A stretch of 43,865 nucleotides of DNA, taken from contig JAZDPV010000014.1 in the NCBI GenBank assembly GCA_043797265.1, positions 1-43,865 on the forward strand, given 5' to 3'. The stretch comes from an archaeon (GTDB taxonomy: Archaea; Nanobdellota; Nanobdellia; Pacearchaeales; GW2011-AR1). Positions 9,345-17,991 of the stretch are shown piece by piece; positions within the stretch are counted from its first letter, which is position 1, and every line of letters begins with the position of its first letter. The position numbers were made by a program, and so were the translations under genes. The notes under the pieces are model-generated. The model was not told where the DNA came from. It saw only the letters and a list, made by a program, of their open reading frames with translations, and ran no database searches.

Positions 9345-9428
9345 CGAGATAATCTATAATCAAATGACGCCCACCGGCGCCCAAATTTTTCTCGTACAAC
9401 CATCCCTAAGAAAAAAGCTTTTTAAACT

Positions 9429-10100
9429 TTACGATTTCAACTCCTCGCTCATCACACTTCCACTTGTCACAGAATTAACCCTGTCATAAAAATCCATAAT
9501 CAACCCAGCCGGCACCTCGACGACAACTTCTAAATCCCCATTATCTTTCCAGTTTTCCCTAACCATAAATTCCTTAACAACCCCATAAGCCTTCCCTGTA
9601 TGAACCGCCGGCACGACCAACTTCACCTTCTTTGTTTCAATATTAATCGGCAGCACCTTCGCCAACTGCTCAACAATCTCGCCAATCTGCGACTCAATCG
9701 ACTTATTCTTCACATTAACATGCGCCTCACCCAAAGCTTTCATAACCCTGTCCGGCGTATATGGCCGACCTTCAGGCGACACCGCATTCCTAACCAAAAA
9801 ATCAACAACCTGCTTGTACTTCGCATCATGCCCAGCCCTAATCGAATCCGTCGTCTTCACAACCTCACCACCCTTAATAATTTTCTCAGCGACCTCCATA
9901 ATATCACTCGTCCCAAAATTCTCTTCCAAGTCCTCAGCCGAAGCGTGCTCCCCCGATTTCAAATTATAAAAAACCGCATTCGTCAAAACAGCGACGCCAA
10001 CACTCCCCTCACCTTTCCGAACTCTCAACGCCTCGTCCAAATCAACCAAAATCTCAAAATGCTTCCCACCCCTTTTAATCCTCGCCGTCGTTTGCGACAT
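9429..10100 (-). CDS. Ribosome maturation factor SBDS/Sdo1
   Basis: ARIKRGGKHFEILVD, FGT.D...VA..II..GE, P.TP.R...AL.EAHV; lies between psmA and rrp4. Confidence 0.93.
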   Translation of the reverse strand: MSQTTARIKRGGKHFEILVDLDEALRVRKGEGSVGVAVLTNAVFYNLKSGEHASAEDLEENFGTSDIMEVAEKIIKGGEVVKTTDSIRAGHDAKYKQVVDFLVRNAVSPEGRPYTPDRVMKALGEAHVNVKNKSIESQIGEIVEQLAKVLPINIETKKVKLVVPAVHTGKAYGVVKEFMVRENWKDNGDLEVVVEVPAGLIMDFYDRVNSVTSGSVMSEELKS

Positions 10101-10206
10101 TTTATGAAATTAATTATCTAACTCCTTTATTTTAATTTTATGAAATGGAGTTACCATAATAAAATCAAATAGTTAACCTTTATTAAGATTTCTACAATAA
10201 AATATT

Positions 10207-10734
10207 ATGCATAAAGAAAAAGTTGCAATTTTTATCGACGGAAGCAATTTTTATCACAACACTAAAAAATTAAAAGTAGTTGACAAAATTGACTTTCAAA
10301 AATTAATCAAAGAATTAACAAAACAAAGAGAGTTAGTAAAAGTATTTTATTACAATGCATCTCTGGACCAAGGGCTAAATCCAAAAATATATTGGGAACA
10401 ACAAAAATTTTTTAACACCTTAAGAAGTATTCCAAAATTCAAAGTAATATTATGTAAACTCAGAAAAACAAAAAGAGAAGGCAAAATTATCTACGAAATG
10501 AAAGGCGACGACACCCATTTGGTAAGCGATTTTGTCGGAGAAGCTTATGAAAATTCATACGATACAGCAATTATTGTAAGTGGCGACGAAGATTTTATTT
10601 CCCCGATAAAAAGAGTAAGAAAACTTGGAAAGAAAATAGAAAACGCATATTTCAGTTCAAGCTCTTCCTACAACTTAAGAAACGCATGCGACCACTCAAT
10701 AAACCTTAATAAAATAATAAACAAAATAATATGA
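10207..10734 (+). CDS. NYN domain (LabA/DUF88, PIN-like) protein
   Basis: IFIDGSNFY, KGDD, YD.AIIVSGDEDF and L..ACD motifs; AT-rich. Confidence 0.92.
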   Translation: MHKEKVAIFIDGSNFYHNTKKLKVVDKIDFQKLIKELTKQRELVKVFYYNASLDQGLNPKIYWEQQKFFNTLRSIPKFKVILCKLRKTKREGKIIYEMKGDDTHLVSDFVGEAYENSYDTAIIVSGDEDFISPIKRVRKLGKKIENAYFSSSSSYNLRNACDHSINLNKIINKII

Positions 10735-10798
10735 ACGGCTCAGCATTGCCCGAGGACCATACTGAGCTTATATCAATATTAAGCAATTTCATAAATAT

Positions 10799-10867
10799 TT
10801 AAACCTTTCGAACCAAAATCTCAAAATGCTTCCCGCCCCTCGTCACCCTCGCCGTCGTCTGCACCAT
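10799..10867 (-). pseudogene. Remnant duplicate of the SBDS 5' end (19 codons, then RKV-stop)
   Basis: Translates MVQTTARVTRGGKHFEILV versus the intact MSQTTARIKRGGKHFEILV at 10044-10100. Confidence 0.85.
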
Positions 10868-10905
10868 AATAAATCCAAAAATCTAATCTTTATTAACCTT
10901 CCCAA

Positions 10906-10944
10906 AAAATCCGTGTCCATCCGTGTCCATCCGTGAGCAATTTC
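10906..10944. repeat. ATCCGTG-core 9/10-mer tandem repeat, copy 1
   Basis: aaatccgtgtcc-atccgtgtcc-atccgtgagcaatttc; related copy at 26531-26568. Confidence 0.8.
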
Positions 10945-10952
10945 CTAATCCT

Positions 10953-11444
10953 TTAATTCGTGAACCTCCTCCACTCTCCCTTGCTCTTATTAGTCACCAT
11001 CTTCGCCATCACCAACTCATCATAAATCCCGTCAAGCAAATCAATCCCCTTCGCCTCTTCCAAACCAACCCACCTAAACTCATCACATTCCTCCTCTTGT
11101 AAAACAACTTCACCAGCCTCCCAATCCGCAACGCAAGAAATAACCAAACTCGGCGCCCCATCCTCATGCACCGTCGCCAAACTCGTCACATACTCAATAT
11201 TCCGAATATCAATCCCAACCTCTTCCTTAACTTCCCGTCTCAAAACTTTCTCCAAAACATTATACCAATAATCCTTCGTGTCCTTCGGCAACTCAACATA
11301 ATCATTTGTTTCAAGTTTTCCACCCGGCACCGTCCACATATTCGGAAACCGCCTCTTCGTCGCCGACCGCTTCGTTATCAAAAACTTTCCATCCTTAACA
11401 ACAATCGCCGTCACCACAACCTCATGCAAAAATTTATTTTCCAT
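10953..11444 (-). CDS. NUDIX hydrolase (start reassigned to ATG 11444)
   Basis: W.VPGGK.E ... REVKEEVG Nudix box with an internal insertion; TATA about 22 nt upstream. Confidence 0.88.
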   Translation of the reverse strand: MENKFLHEVVVTAIVVKDGKFLITKRSATKRRFPNMWTVPGGKLETNDYVELPKDTKDYWYNVLEKVLRREVKEEVGIDIRNIEYVTSLATVHEDGAPSLVISCVADWEAGEVVLQEEECDEFRWVGLEEAKGIDLLDGIYDELVMAKMVTNKSKGEWRRFTN

Positions 11445-11481
11445 AACATACAAAAATAACCAATCTTTAAATAATTATCCA

Positions 11482-11520
11482 CAAGCACGGACAAACCGCG
11501 CAACATTCACTACCAACTAC
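11482..11520 (-). repeat. 39-bp post-stop hairpin element, copy 2 (abuts the psmA TAA)
   Basis: 34/39 identical to 4440-4478. Confidence 0.8.
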
Positions 11521-12216
11521 TTACTGAAATTTGGCTCCGACAAATTTCTCAATCCCCCTCTCGCTCAAAACACCGACGTCAAACCTATCAATATTAAAAT
11601 CATCCTTCTGCACTTCCTTGAAAATATCCAAAGCCAACTTAACTCCTTCTTTCGAAGTCATTCCATCTATATATTTTTCCCTCAACATTTTCTTAATTTT
11701 CTCATCATCCTCCCCAATCGCATTCGCCTTGTATCTCAAATAATTCCCGGTAATATCAGTCGTATACAAAGTCGGCTTCCCATCAACCCCGGCAAACATC
11801 ATCGAAGCACCAAACGGTCTCGCCCCGCCATACTGAGTAAATTGTTGCTTCAAATCCGCGACATCCCGAACAATCGACTCGACACTCGGCGCCGAATCAT
11901 AAGTTACCCAATGTTGCTGCGCCAAAATCCGCGCCTTCTCAATCAAAACCCTCGCATCCGAAGTAATCCCAGCAAAAACAACCATGATATGCCCATCGAC
12001 CTCGTTAATCCGATTTGCCGACTCTTCAATCAACAACTTGTCTCTCTGCCGCCTGTCCGCAACAATCACAACACTATCCCTGCAAACAATTCCAATCGAC
12101 GCCGAGCCCAATCTAATTGTCTTCTCCGCATATTCTACCTGAAGTATGTGCCCGTCAGGCGCGAACATCGTCGCCGCCCTGTCATACCCCATTTGCTGAT
12201 GCTGAATATCTTCCAT
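11521..12216 (-). CDS. psmA: Proteasome subunit alpha
   Basis: GYDRA.TMF.PDG...QVEYA, G..SDAR.L and TQYGG.RPFG. Confidence 0.96.
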   Translation of the reverse strand: MEDIQHQQMGYDRAATMFAPDGHILQVEYAEKTIRLGSASIGIVCRDSVVIVADRRQRDKLLIEESANRINEVDGHIMVVFAGITSDARVLIEKARILAQQHWVTYDSAPSVESIVRDVADLKQQFTQYGGARPFGASMMFAGVDGKPTLYTTDITGNYLRYKANAIGEDDEKIKKMLREKYIDGMTSKEGVKLALDIFKEVQKDDFNIDRFDVGVLSERGIEKFVGAKFQ

Positions 12217-12326
12217 TTTCGTTTATCGTAAATAGTATAAAGGTTATACAACCTTCTTCCATCCCAAAACCAAAAAATCTCCCTTAATAAGTTTTATTGT
12301 TCCACATTTAAATCACCCCCAAATTT

Positions 12327-12453
12327 CGCGAACAACAAAGCCGTCCTACTTCCAGCAAAACCAAAGGTTTTGCGGACTTCCAGAAAAAATCCTTGATTTT
12401 TTCGAACTTCCAGCGTCGACAAAGTCGATGCGAACTTCCAGCGAAGCGGACTA
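12327..12453. repeat. 127-bp five-hairpin array, copy 2 (includes the pop5 TAG)
   Basis: Same length and orientation as 6140-6266, with 6 substitutions. Confidence 0.92.
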
Positions 12454-12726
12454 TTTGAGTCCCTTAATCGTCCCGCTAACTTTCTCAATTCTAATCCCCG
12501 CAAAAGCCAACGCCGCCCGAACATCCTCCAACGATTTCACCAAACAACTTCCCACGATTTTACCATCAATTTTCTCAACAAACATATAAGCAGATTTCCC
12601 AAAACCCAAAATACCAATATATTCCAAAATCGCTTTCTCAACTTTCTCATTCGTCGCCTCAACCAAAAAATATCTTCTCTTGTCCCTCGCCGACGGCCTA
12701 AGTTTTAATCTTTTTCCTTTCACCAT
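12451..12726 (-). CDS. RNase P protein component Rpp14/Pop5
   Basis: LRPS.RDKRRY, G.LG and VSGTIK motifs; upstream of psmA as in the exosome superoperon. Confidence 0.82.
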   Translation of the reverse strand: MVKGKRLKLRPSARDKRRYFLVEATNEKVEKAILEYIGILGFGKSAYMFVEKIDGKIVGSCLVKSLEDVRAALAFAGIRIEKVSGTIKGLK

Positions 12727-15316
12727 TCTTTTCTTTGCTCTTCGAACTTTTTAACCTCTTCCTTTTTATCACGGAAAAAATCAAAACAATCAAAACAAAA
12801 ACAATAACCAAAATAGCAACTGCCCACGAATAATTCTCAATATCTCCATCCTCGTTCTCAACAACATTCCCAGTAATCTTGGCCGTCCTAATCTCAATCG
12901 GCTCGTTAATCAACTGAATTGTCAACTCCGCCGCGTCCCCGACAATCGCGTTCAATCTCACAAACAAATCATAATAAATCACCGACGTCAAATTCAATTT
13001 AACAGACTGCCCGACGCCCAACTTCAATTTAATCGGCTCGCTCTCAATAGTCAACTCAACATAATCAACCTCAATCTCATCAATACTCAGCAAATGTCGC
13101 CCGCCCTCAAAATCAAAAATACTAAAATTAACCCTGTCGTCTTTTTCTAATTTCTGGACATACCCGAACTTAATTTCATCAACCCCAACTTCATAAATTT
13201 TAGGCACAAAAGAAACGCTCGCCGAACTCCCGCCCCCACCAGAAAAACTAACCGGATTCACGACAGCGCCCGTCACAAAACTATCAGAACGATTAACGCA
13301 ATTCCCAGCCCCGTCACAAGAAACCAAAACATAATTATAAGTCGTCGACGGAGAAAGCCCCGAAATTACAATCGAATGATTTGTCGCATAACTACTCGAA
13401 CTCCCGCTAATCTCACCGCCAACCGAAAAATTCGCGGACTCATCCGTCGTCCAACTTATCGTCGCACCAGAAACACCAACACTTTCCGAAAGCGAACTAA
13501 CCACCGGCGCCGTCACATCAAAAACAAAACTATAATTAAAATCCCCCCACGAAGAATTACTCGCATTATTCACCCCAAGGCAATTCCATAAATAATTTCC
13601 CTCGTCGGCAAAACTATAATTAAAAATACTTGCATTATCAAAACCAGAAATATTTTTAACAGAACTATTCGCCAACCCCCCACTCGAATTCCACAAATAA
13701 AACGTCACATTAGAAACAAAATAATTTTCTTCAGAAACAACCCGGCAACTAAAATTCATATCATTAACATTAGCATATTTATTATCCGCAGGCAACAACA
13801 ACATCGTCGAAATCCCGCCAATAGTCAAGCTAAAATTCGCAGAAGCATAAGCCGAATTCCCGACGACATCAACCCCAAGACAATTCCAGAAATAATTTCC
13901 CTCGCTCATATTCGCGACATTAAAACTCGTTCCATTCCCCGTCGCATTATAATAAAGCCCGCTCGAATTCCAGATATTCAAACTCAAACTCGCCAACTGC
14001 CAGTCCGTCGCATTGCAAACAAAAGTCCGGTTCGCATTCATGTCAACATCATAATTAACCGGCGACACAAGCGCAACTTCCGGCGCATCAACATCAAGCG
14101 ACAAGATAGCAGCATAAACATCAACGACAGAAAAACTCAAACCAGAACCGCTATCATTAATCCTCCTCCCAGTATTATTCAAAATACTTTCAATCTCCGT
14201 CGGTGTTTTACTCTGTCCGCTCAAACTCAAATATTGATTTATCAAGCCAATCACCCCAGCAACCATCGGCGTCGCCATCGAAGTCCCGCTCGCAATCGCA
14301 TAACCGCCAAGAAAATACGTCGAATTAATATCCCTTCCCGGCGCCAGCAAATTCACCAAAAAATTCCTGTCGGCAAACGAAGAAATTAACCCATTCTTAT
14401 CAATCGAAGAAACTGCAATAACATTTTGAATACACGCAGGAGAAGAAATTTTTTCAACACTCCCGAAATTCCCAGACGCAGCAACGACAGAAATATTATT
14501 AGCAACAGCGACGTTAATCGAATTAGCTATAGCAGAATTAAAACAACCATCATCAACACTATCGCAATAAGAATTATACCCGTCAGCAGTCGCGTTACAA
14601 CCAAGACTCATGCTTATTACACTAATATTAAATTGCGGCGCATTGTCAACACACCAATCTATCGCAGAAGCAAGATCCCCAGGATTACCGCCCCCAGAAT
14701 TATCAAGAACTCTGACAGCGACAATTCCAACACCAGGAACAACGCCACTAATTCCACCCGACGCCGCAACAATCCCGGCAACATGAGTCCCGTGCCCAAA
14801 CCCATCCATGGGGTCATCATCATCGTCAACAAAATCATACCCGCCCAGATAATTCCCAATCAAATCCGGATGAGAATAATTAATCCCACTATCAATCACG
14901 CAAACACTCTGCCCGACGCCAGTCAAACCAACGCCAGAAGATTCCAACCCCCAAGTCGAACTGACATTAATAATACCGACAGAATCTTGAAGCAGCGCAT
15001 AAATTTTCCCCATTTTCACGACGGACTCAACATTATGACTCCTGCTCAAGACATCCAAATCCCTTTCATTAATCTCCACCGCAATACTATTTTCAAATCG
15101 ATACGTAATTTTCTCCTCATCAATAACATCATCCAAAGAATCAAAACAATTATCTAATTGAAACGCTCCAATTTCAAGAGAGTCATTTTTCAACTCAACA
15201 ATCACATCAACATTCTTCTCTCCCTCTCTAAATTCTCCAATAACATCATCATCAATACCAACAGAAGAAACAAATCCCAGCATCACAACTACCAGCACCA
15301 CAAGTATCCATCTCAT
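12698..15316 (-). CDS. Secreted/membrane-anchored S8 subtilisin-like protease with Ig/FN3-like stalk and C-terminal TM (start reassigned to 15316)
   Basis: Signal peptide; VIDSG / HGTHVAG / SGTSMATP triad; many N-x-S/T sequons; Gly/Ser linker; C-terminal TM followed by a basic tail; ATGA overlap with the upstream gene. Confidence 0.93.
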   Translation of the reverse strand: MRWILVVLVVVMLGFVSSVGIDDDVIGEFREGEKNVDVIVELKNDSLEIGAFQLDNCFDSLDDVIDEEKITYRFENSIAVEINERDLDVLSRSHNVESVVKMGKIYALLQDSVGIINVSSTWGLESSGVGLTGVGQSVCVIDSGINYSHPDLIGNYLGGYDFVDDDDDPMDGFGHGTHVAGIVAASGGISGVVPGVGIVAVRVLDNSGGGNPGDLASAIDWCVDNAPQFNISVISMSLGCNATADGYNSYCDSVDDGCFNSAIANSINVAVANNISVVAASGNFGSVEKISSPACIQNVIAVSSIDKNGLISSFADRNFLVNLLAPGRDINSTYFLGGYAIASGTSMATPMVAGVIGLINQYLSLSGQSKTPTEIESILNNTGRRINDSGSGLSFSVVDVYAAILSLDVDAPEVALVSPVNYDVDMNANRTFVCNATDWQLASLSLNIWNSSGLYYNATGNGTSFNVANMSEGNYFWNCLGVDVVGNSAYASANFSLTIGGISTMLLLPADNKYANVNDMNFSCRVVSEENYFVSNVTFYLWNSSGGLANSSVKNISGFDNASIFNYSFADEGNYLWNCLGVNNASNSSWGDFNYSFVFDVTAPVVSSLSESVGVSGATISWTTDESANFSVGGEISGSSSSYATNHSIVISGLSPSTTYNYVLVSCDGAGNCVNRSDSFVTGAVVNPVSFSGGGGSSASVSFVPKIYEVGVDEIKFGYVQKLEKDDRVNFSIFDFEGGRHLLSIDEIEVDYVELTIESEPIKLKLGVGQSVKLNLTSVIYYDLFVRLNAIVGDAAELTIQLINEPIEIRTAKITGNVVENEDGDIENYSWAVAILVIVFVLIVLIFSVIKRKRLKSSKSKEKNGERKKIKT

Positions 15317-15630
15317 TCTCCGACGCACTCCCCGTCAATACATCGACATCCAACAATCTCGCAATTATAAACCGCCGCACAAATCATCGTCTCAGAACAA
15401 TTATCCAGCCTCGACAAATAATCCCCCTCAAAAGACCTCGCAACACATTTTTCAGCCCCGCCCATATTGCAAGCACAACACCCAACCTGAACTTTCACGC
15501 AATCATCGTCAACCTCGCATCTCAACTCTTCATTAGTCTCCCCACCCAATTCCCCAACAAACCAGAAAAATCCCACAACCAGCAAGACCACAACCAACAC
15601 AATCAACCCGACCAAACCTTTTTTCTCCAT
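15313..15630 (-). CDS. Small Cys-rich membrane-anchored extracellular protein
   Basis: N-terminal TM followed by C..DDDC...CC.C...C...C..C..C...C.C..G.C; coupled to the protease. Confidence 0.8.
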   Translation of the reverse strand: MEKKGLVGLIVLVVVLLVVGFFWFVGELGGETNEELRCEVDDDCVKVQVGCCACNMGGAEKCVARSFEGDYLSRLDNCSETMICAAVYNCEIVGCRCIDGECVGE

Positions 15631-15703
15631 ACACAATCAAAACATCCAACGATTAAAAACATTACTACAATAATTTAAAAACTCAAACCACTAAACATAA
15701 CAA

Positions 15704-17035
15704 ATGATGAAAATACATACAGTCGGCGGTTTCTCCGAAGTCGGAAAAAATATGGTGGTAGTCGAGCTCGAAGAAGACGCGTTCATTTTCGACGAGGGCT
15801 TCTTCCTCCCCGCAATCGTATCAATGCAGGAACGAGACAAAATTCTCACCGAAAAAAAATTAAAATTAATCGAGGCAATTCCGCAAGACTCAGTAATAAA
15901 CAACATCCGGCACAAAATCCGCGCACAGTTCATCAGCCACGCCCACCTTGACCACGTCGGCGCAATCCCATTCCTGTCCAATAAATACAACGCCCCGATT
16001 TACGGAACCCCGTTCACAATCCAGGTCCTTAACTCCATTCTTCTCGACAACAACATCACTCTCCGAAACAGAGTCCACGCAATCAAGCCCAACACAACTT
16101 TTTACATAAAGGGCAAAAAACAAAAATACAAAGTCGACTTCATAAACATCACGCACTCAACCGCGCAGTGCCTCATGATTGCAATCCACACTCCAAAAGG
16201 CGCGGTCCTCTACGCAAACGACTTCAAGCTCGACGACACTCCAATCTTCGGACTAAAACCAAATTACAAAAGACTAAAAGAAATTGCAAGAGAAGGAGTC
16301 CTCGCCTTCATCGTCGACTCATTATATTCAGGCTCCGAAAGAAAAACCCCATCAGAAAAAATCGCAAGAGCGCTGCTCCAGGAAGTTCTCCTCACAATCC
16401 AAAACAGAAACGCAGGAATGATTATAACAACATTCTCGTCGCACATAGCCCGATTAAAATCAATCGTCGAATTCGGCAAAAAACTAAACCGCGAAGTTGT
16501 CTTTCTCGGAAGAAGTCTGGACAAATATTCAACCGCGGCAAAAAACGTGGGCATAGTGCCGTTCCTCAAAGACATAAGAATATCAAAATACCGACGACAA
16601 GTTGAAAAAACACTTCACAAAATAGAAAGAAAAAGAAAAGACTACATGATAGTTTGCACGGGGCACCAGGGCGAACCCGGTTCAATTCTCGAAAGATTAT
16701 CCAGGCACGAACTCCCATTCAAACTAAACCGCGACGACAACATCATTTTTTCTTCAAGTGTAATCCCAACACCAATCAACAAAGAGCAATTTGCAAAAAT
16801 GGAAAATCGTTTGAAAAAAAGCAAGCCAAGAATTTTCAGAGACGCTCACGTTTCAGGCCACGCCGGCAGAGAAGACCTCAGGGACATAATACACATAATC
16901 AACCCACAACACATAATCCCGTCACACGGCGGTCTCGATAAAACAAAGCCAATGGCCGACCTATCAAGAGAACTCGGATACAAACTCGGCAAACAATGTC
17001 ACCTGATGCAAGACGGAGGCACTCTAAAATTGTAG
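15704..17035 (+). CDS. rnj: Ribonuclease J (beta-CASP metallo-beta-lactamase)
   Basis: GG..EVGKNM, HAHLDH, THS, DFK.D, TFSSHI.R, GHQGEP, HVSGH and P.HG. Confidence 0.93.
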   Translation: MMKIHTVGGFSEVGKNMVVVELEEDAFIFDEGFFLPAIVSMQERDKILTEKKLKLIEAIPQDSVINNIRHKIRAQFISHAHLDHVGAIPFLSNKYNAPIYGTPFTIQVLNSILLDNNITLRNRVHAIKPNTTFYIKGKKQKYKVDFINITHSTAQCLMIAIHTPKGAVLYANDFKLDDTPIFGLKPNYKRLKEIAREGVLAFIVDSLYSGSERKTPSEKIARALLQEVLLTIQNRNAGMIITTFSSHIARLKSIVEFGKKLNREVVFLGRSLDKYSTAAKNVGIVPFLKDIRISKYRRQVEKTLHKIERKRKDYMIVCTGHQGEPGSILERLSRHELPFKLNRDDNIIFSSSVIPTPINKEQFAKMENRLKKSKPRIFRDAHVSGHAGREDLRDIIHIINPQHIIPSHGGLDKTKPMADLSRELGYKLGKQCHLMQDGGTLKL

Positions 17036-17388
17036 CACCACAAACACCAAACCGAGAAGAAGAATTAAGCGGCGGACTGCGAAACGCACTATTAAGAGGA
17101 GAGAACATAAACAAGGCAAAACAAAGTTTCATCAGCGCCGGATACAAACCCGAAGAAGTCGAGGCAGCATCCCAAAAAATTCCATCAACTTTGAAAAACT
17201 TTCAGCAACCAACTCCGACAAAATTCCCGTCGGAAAAACCGCAATTAGAACCTCTCACTACCACCACAAAACCTCAAAAAAAACCAAGACAAATATCAAA
17301 AAAATTTCTGATAATAATGATATCAATAGCCGCGCTAATTCTTGTCGGCTCCGCATTGCTCGGAATTTTCTGGGACAAAGTATTTTAA
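16996..17388 (+). CDS. Hypothetical membrane protein (true start probably near 17030)
   Basis: Helical LRNAL.RGE....AKQSFI.AGY..EEVE.A domain, P/T/K linker, C-terminal TM; fills the rnj-hemK gap. Confidence 0.7.
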   Translation: MSPDARRRHSKIVAPQTPNREEELSGGLRNALLRGENINKAKQSFISAGYKPEEVEAASQKIPSTLKNFQQPTPTKFPSEKPQLEPLTTTTKPQKKPRQISKKFLIIMISIAALILVGSALLGIFWDKVF

Positions 17389-17389
17389 A

Positions 17390-17944
17390 ATGGAAATATA
17401 CCAGCCAGCCGAAGACTCTTACTTTTTCGTAGACTTCCTAAAAAAATATTTCAAAAACCAACAACCCAACACCCACAACCCAACACCCACATTTTTATCT
17501 TCGATAAAAATGTTAGACATGGGCACCGGCTCTGGCATTCTCTCTGAAACAGCATCACAATTCATAAACAAAAAAAACATAATTCCCGTCGACATAAATC
17601 CAAAATCAGTAAAACTTCTCAAACAAAAAGGGTTCAACGCAGTCAAGTCAAACCTCTTTCAAAACGTCAAAAGTAAATTCAACCTAATAATTTTCAACGC
17701 TCCTTATCTCCCGCTCGACAAACGCGAACCAAAATCATCCCAAGTCGCAACAACTGGCGGCAAAAACGGCGACGAAATATCAATCAAATTTTTAAAGCAA
17801 GCGAAAAATTATCTAACCAAAAACGGCAAAATTTTCCTCCTAATTTCGACTCTGACTCCAATGGGCAAAATAAAAAAATTCAACCCAAAAATTGTCGCCA
17901 GAAAAAAAATATTCATGGAAGAATTACTAATTTTAGAATTATAA
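17390..17944 (+). CDS. HemK/PrmC-related (release factor glutamine) methyltransferase (start reassigned to 17390)
   Basis: IYQPAEDS, LDMGTGSG, FNAPY (NPPY variant) and GG..G. Confidence 0.88.
   Translation: MEIYQPAEDSYFFVDFLKKYFKNQQPNTHNPTPTFLSSIKMLDMGTGSGILSETASQFINKKNIIPVDINPKSVKLLKQKGFNAVKSNLFQNVKSKFNLIIFNAPYLPLDKREPKSSQVATTGGKNGDEISIKFLKQAKNYLTKNGKIFLLISTLTPMGKIKKFNPKIVARKKIFMEELLILEL
17455..17489. repeat. Heptamer tandem repeat inside the HemK-like gene
   Basis: aaaccaa-caaccca-acaccca-caaccca-acaccca; encodes NQQPNTHNPTP. Confidence 0.8.
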
Positions 17945-17991
17945 AACCCAACCCCAACAATCCTTATAAACAAACCATAATTTTTCCCAAC

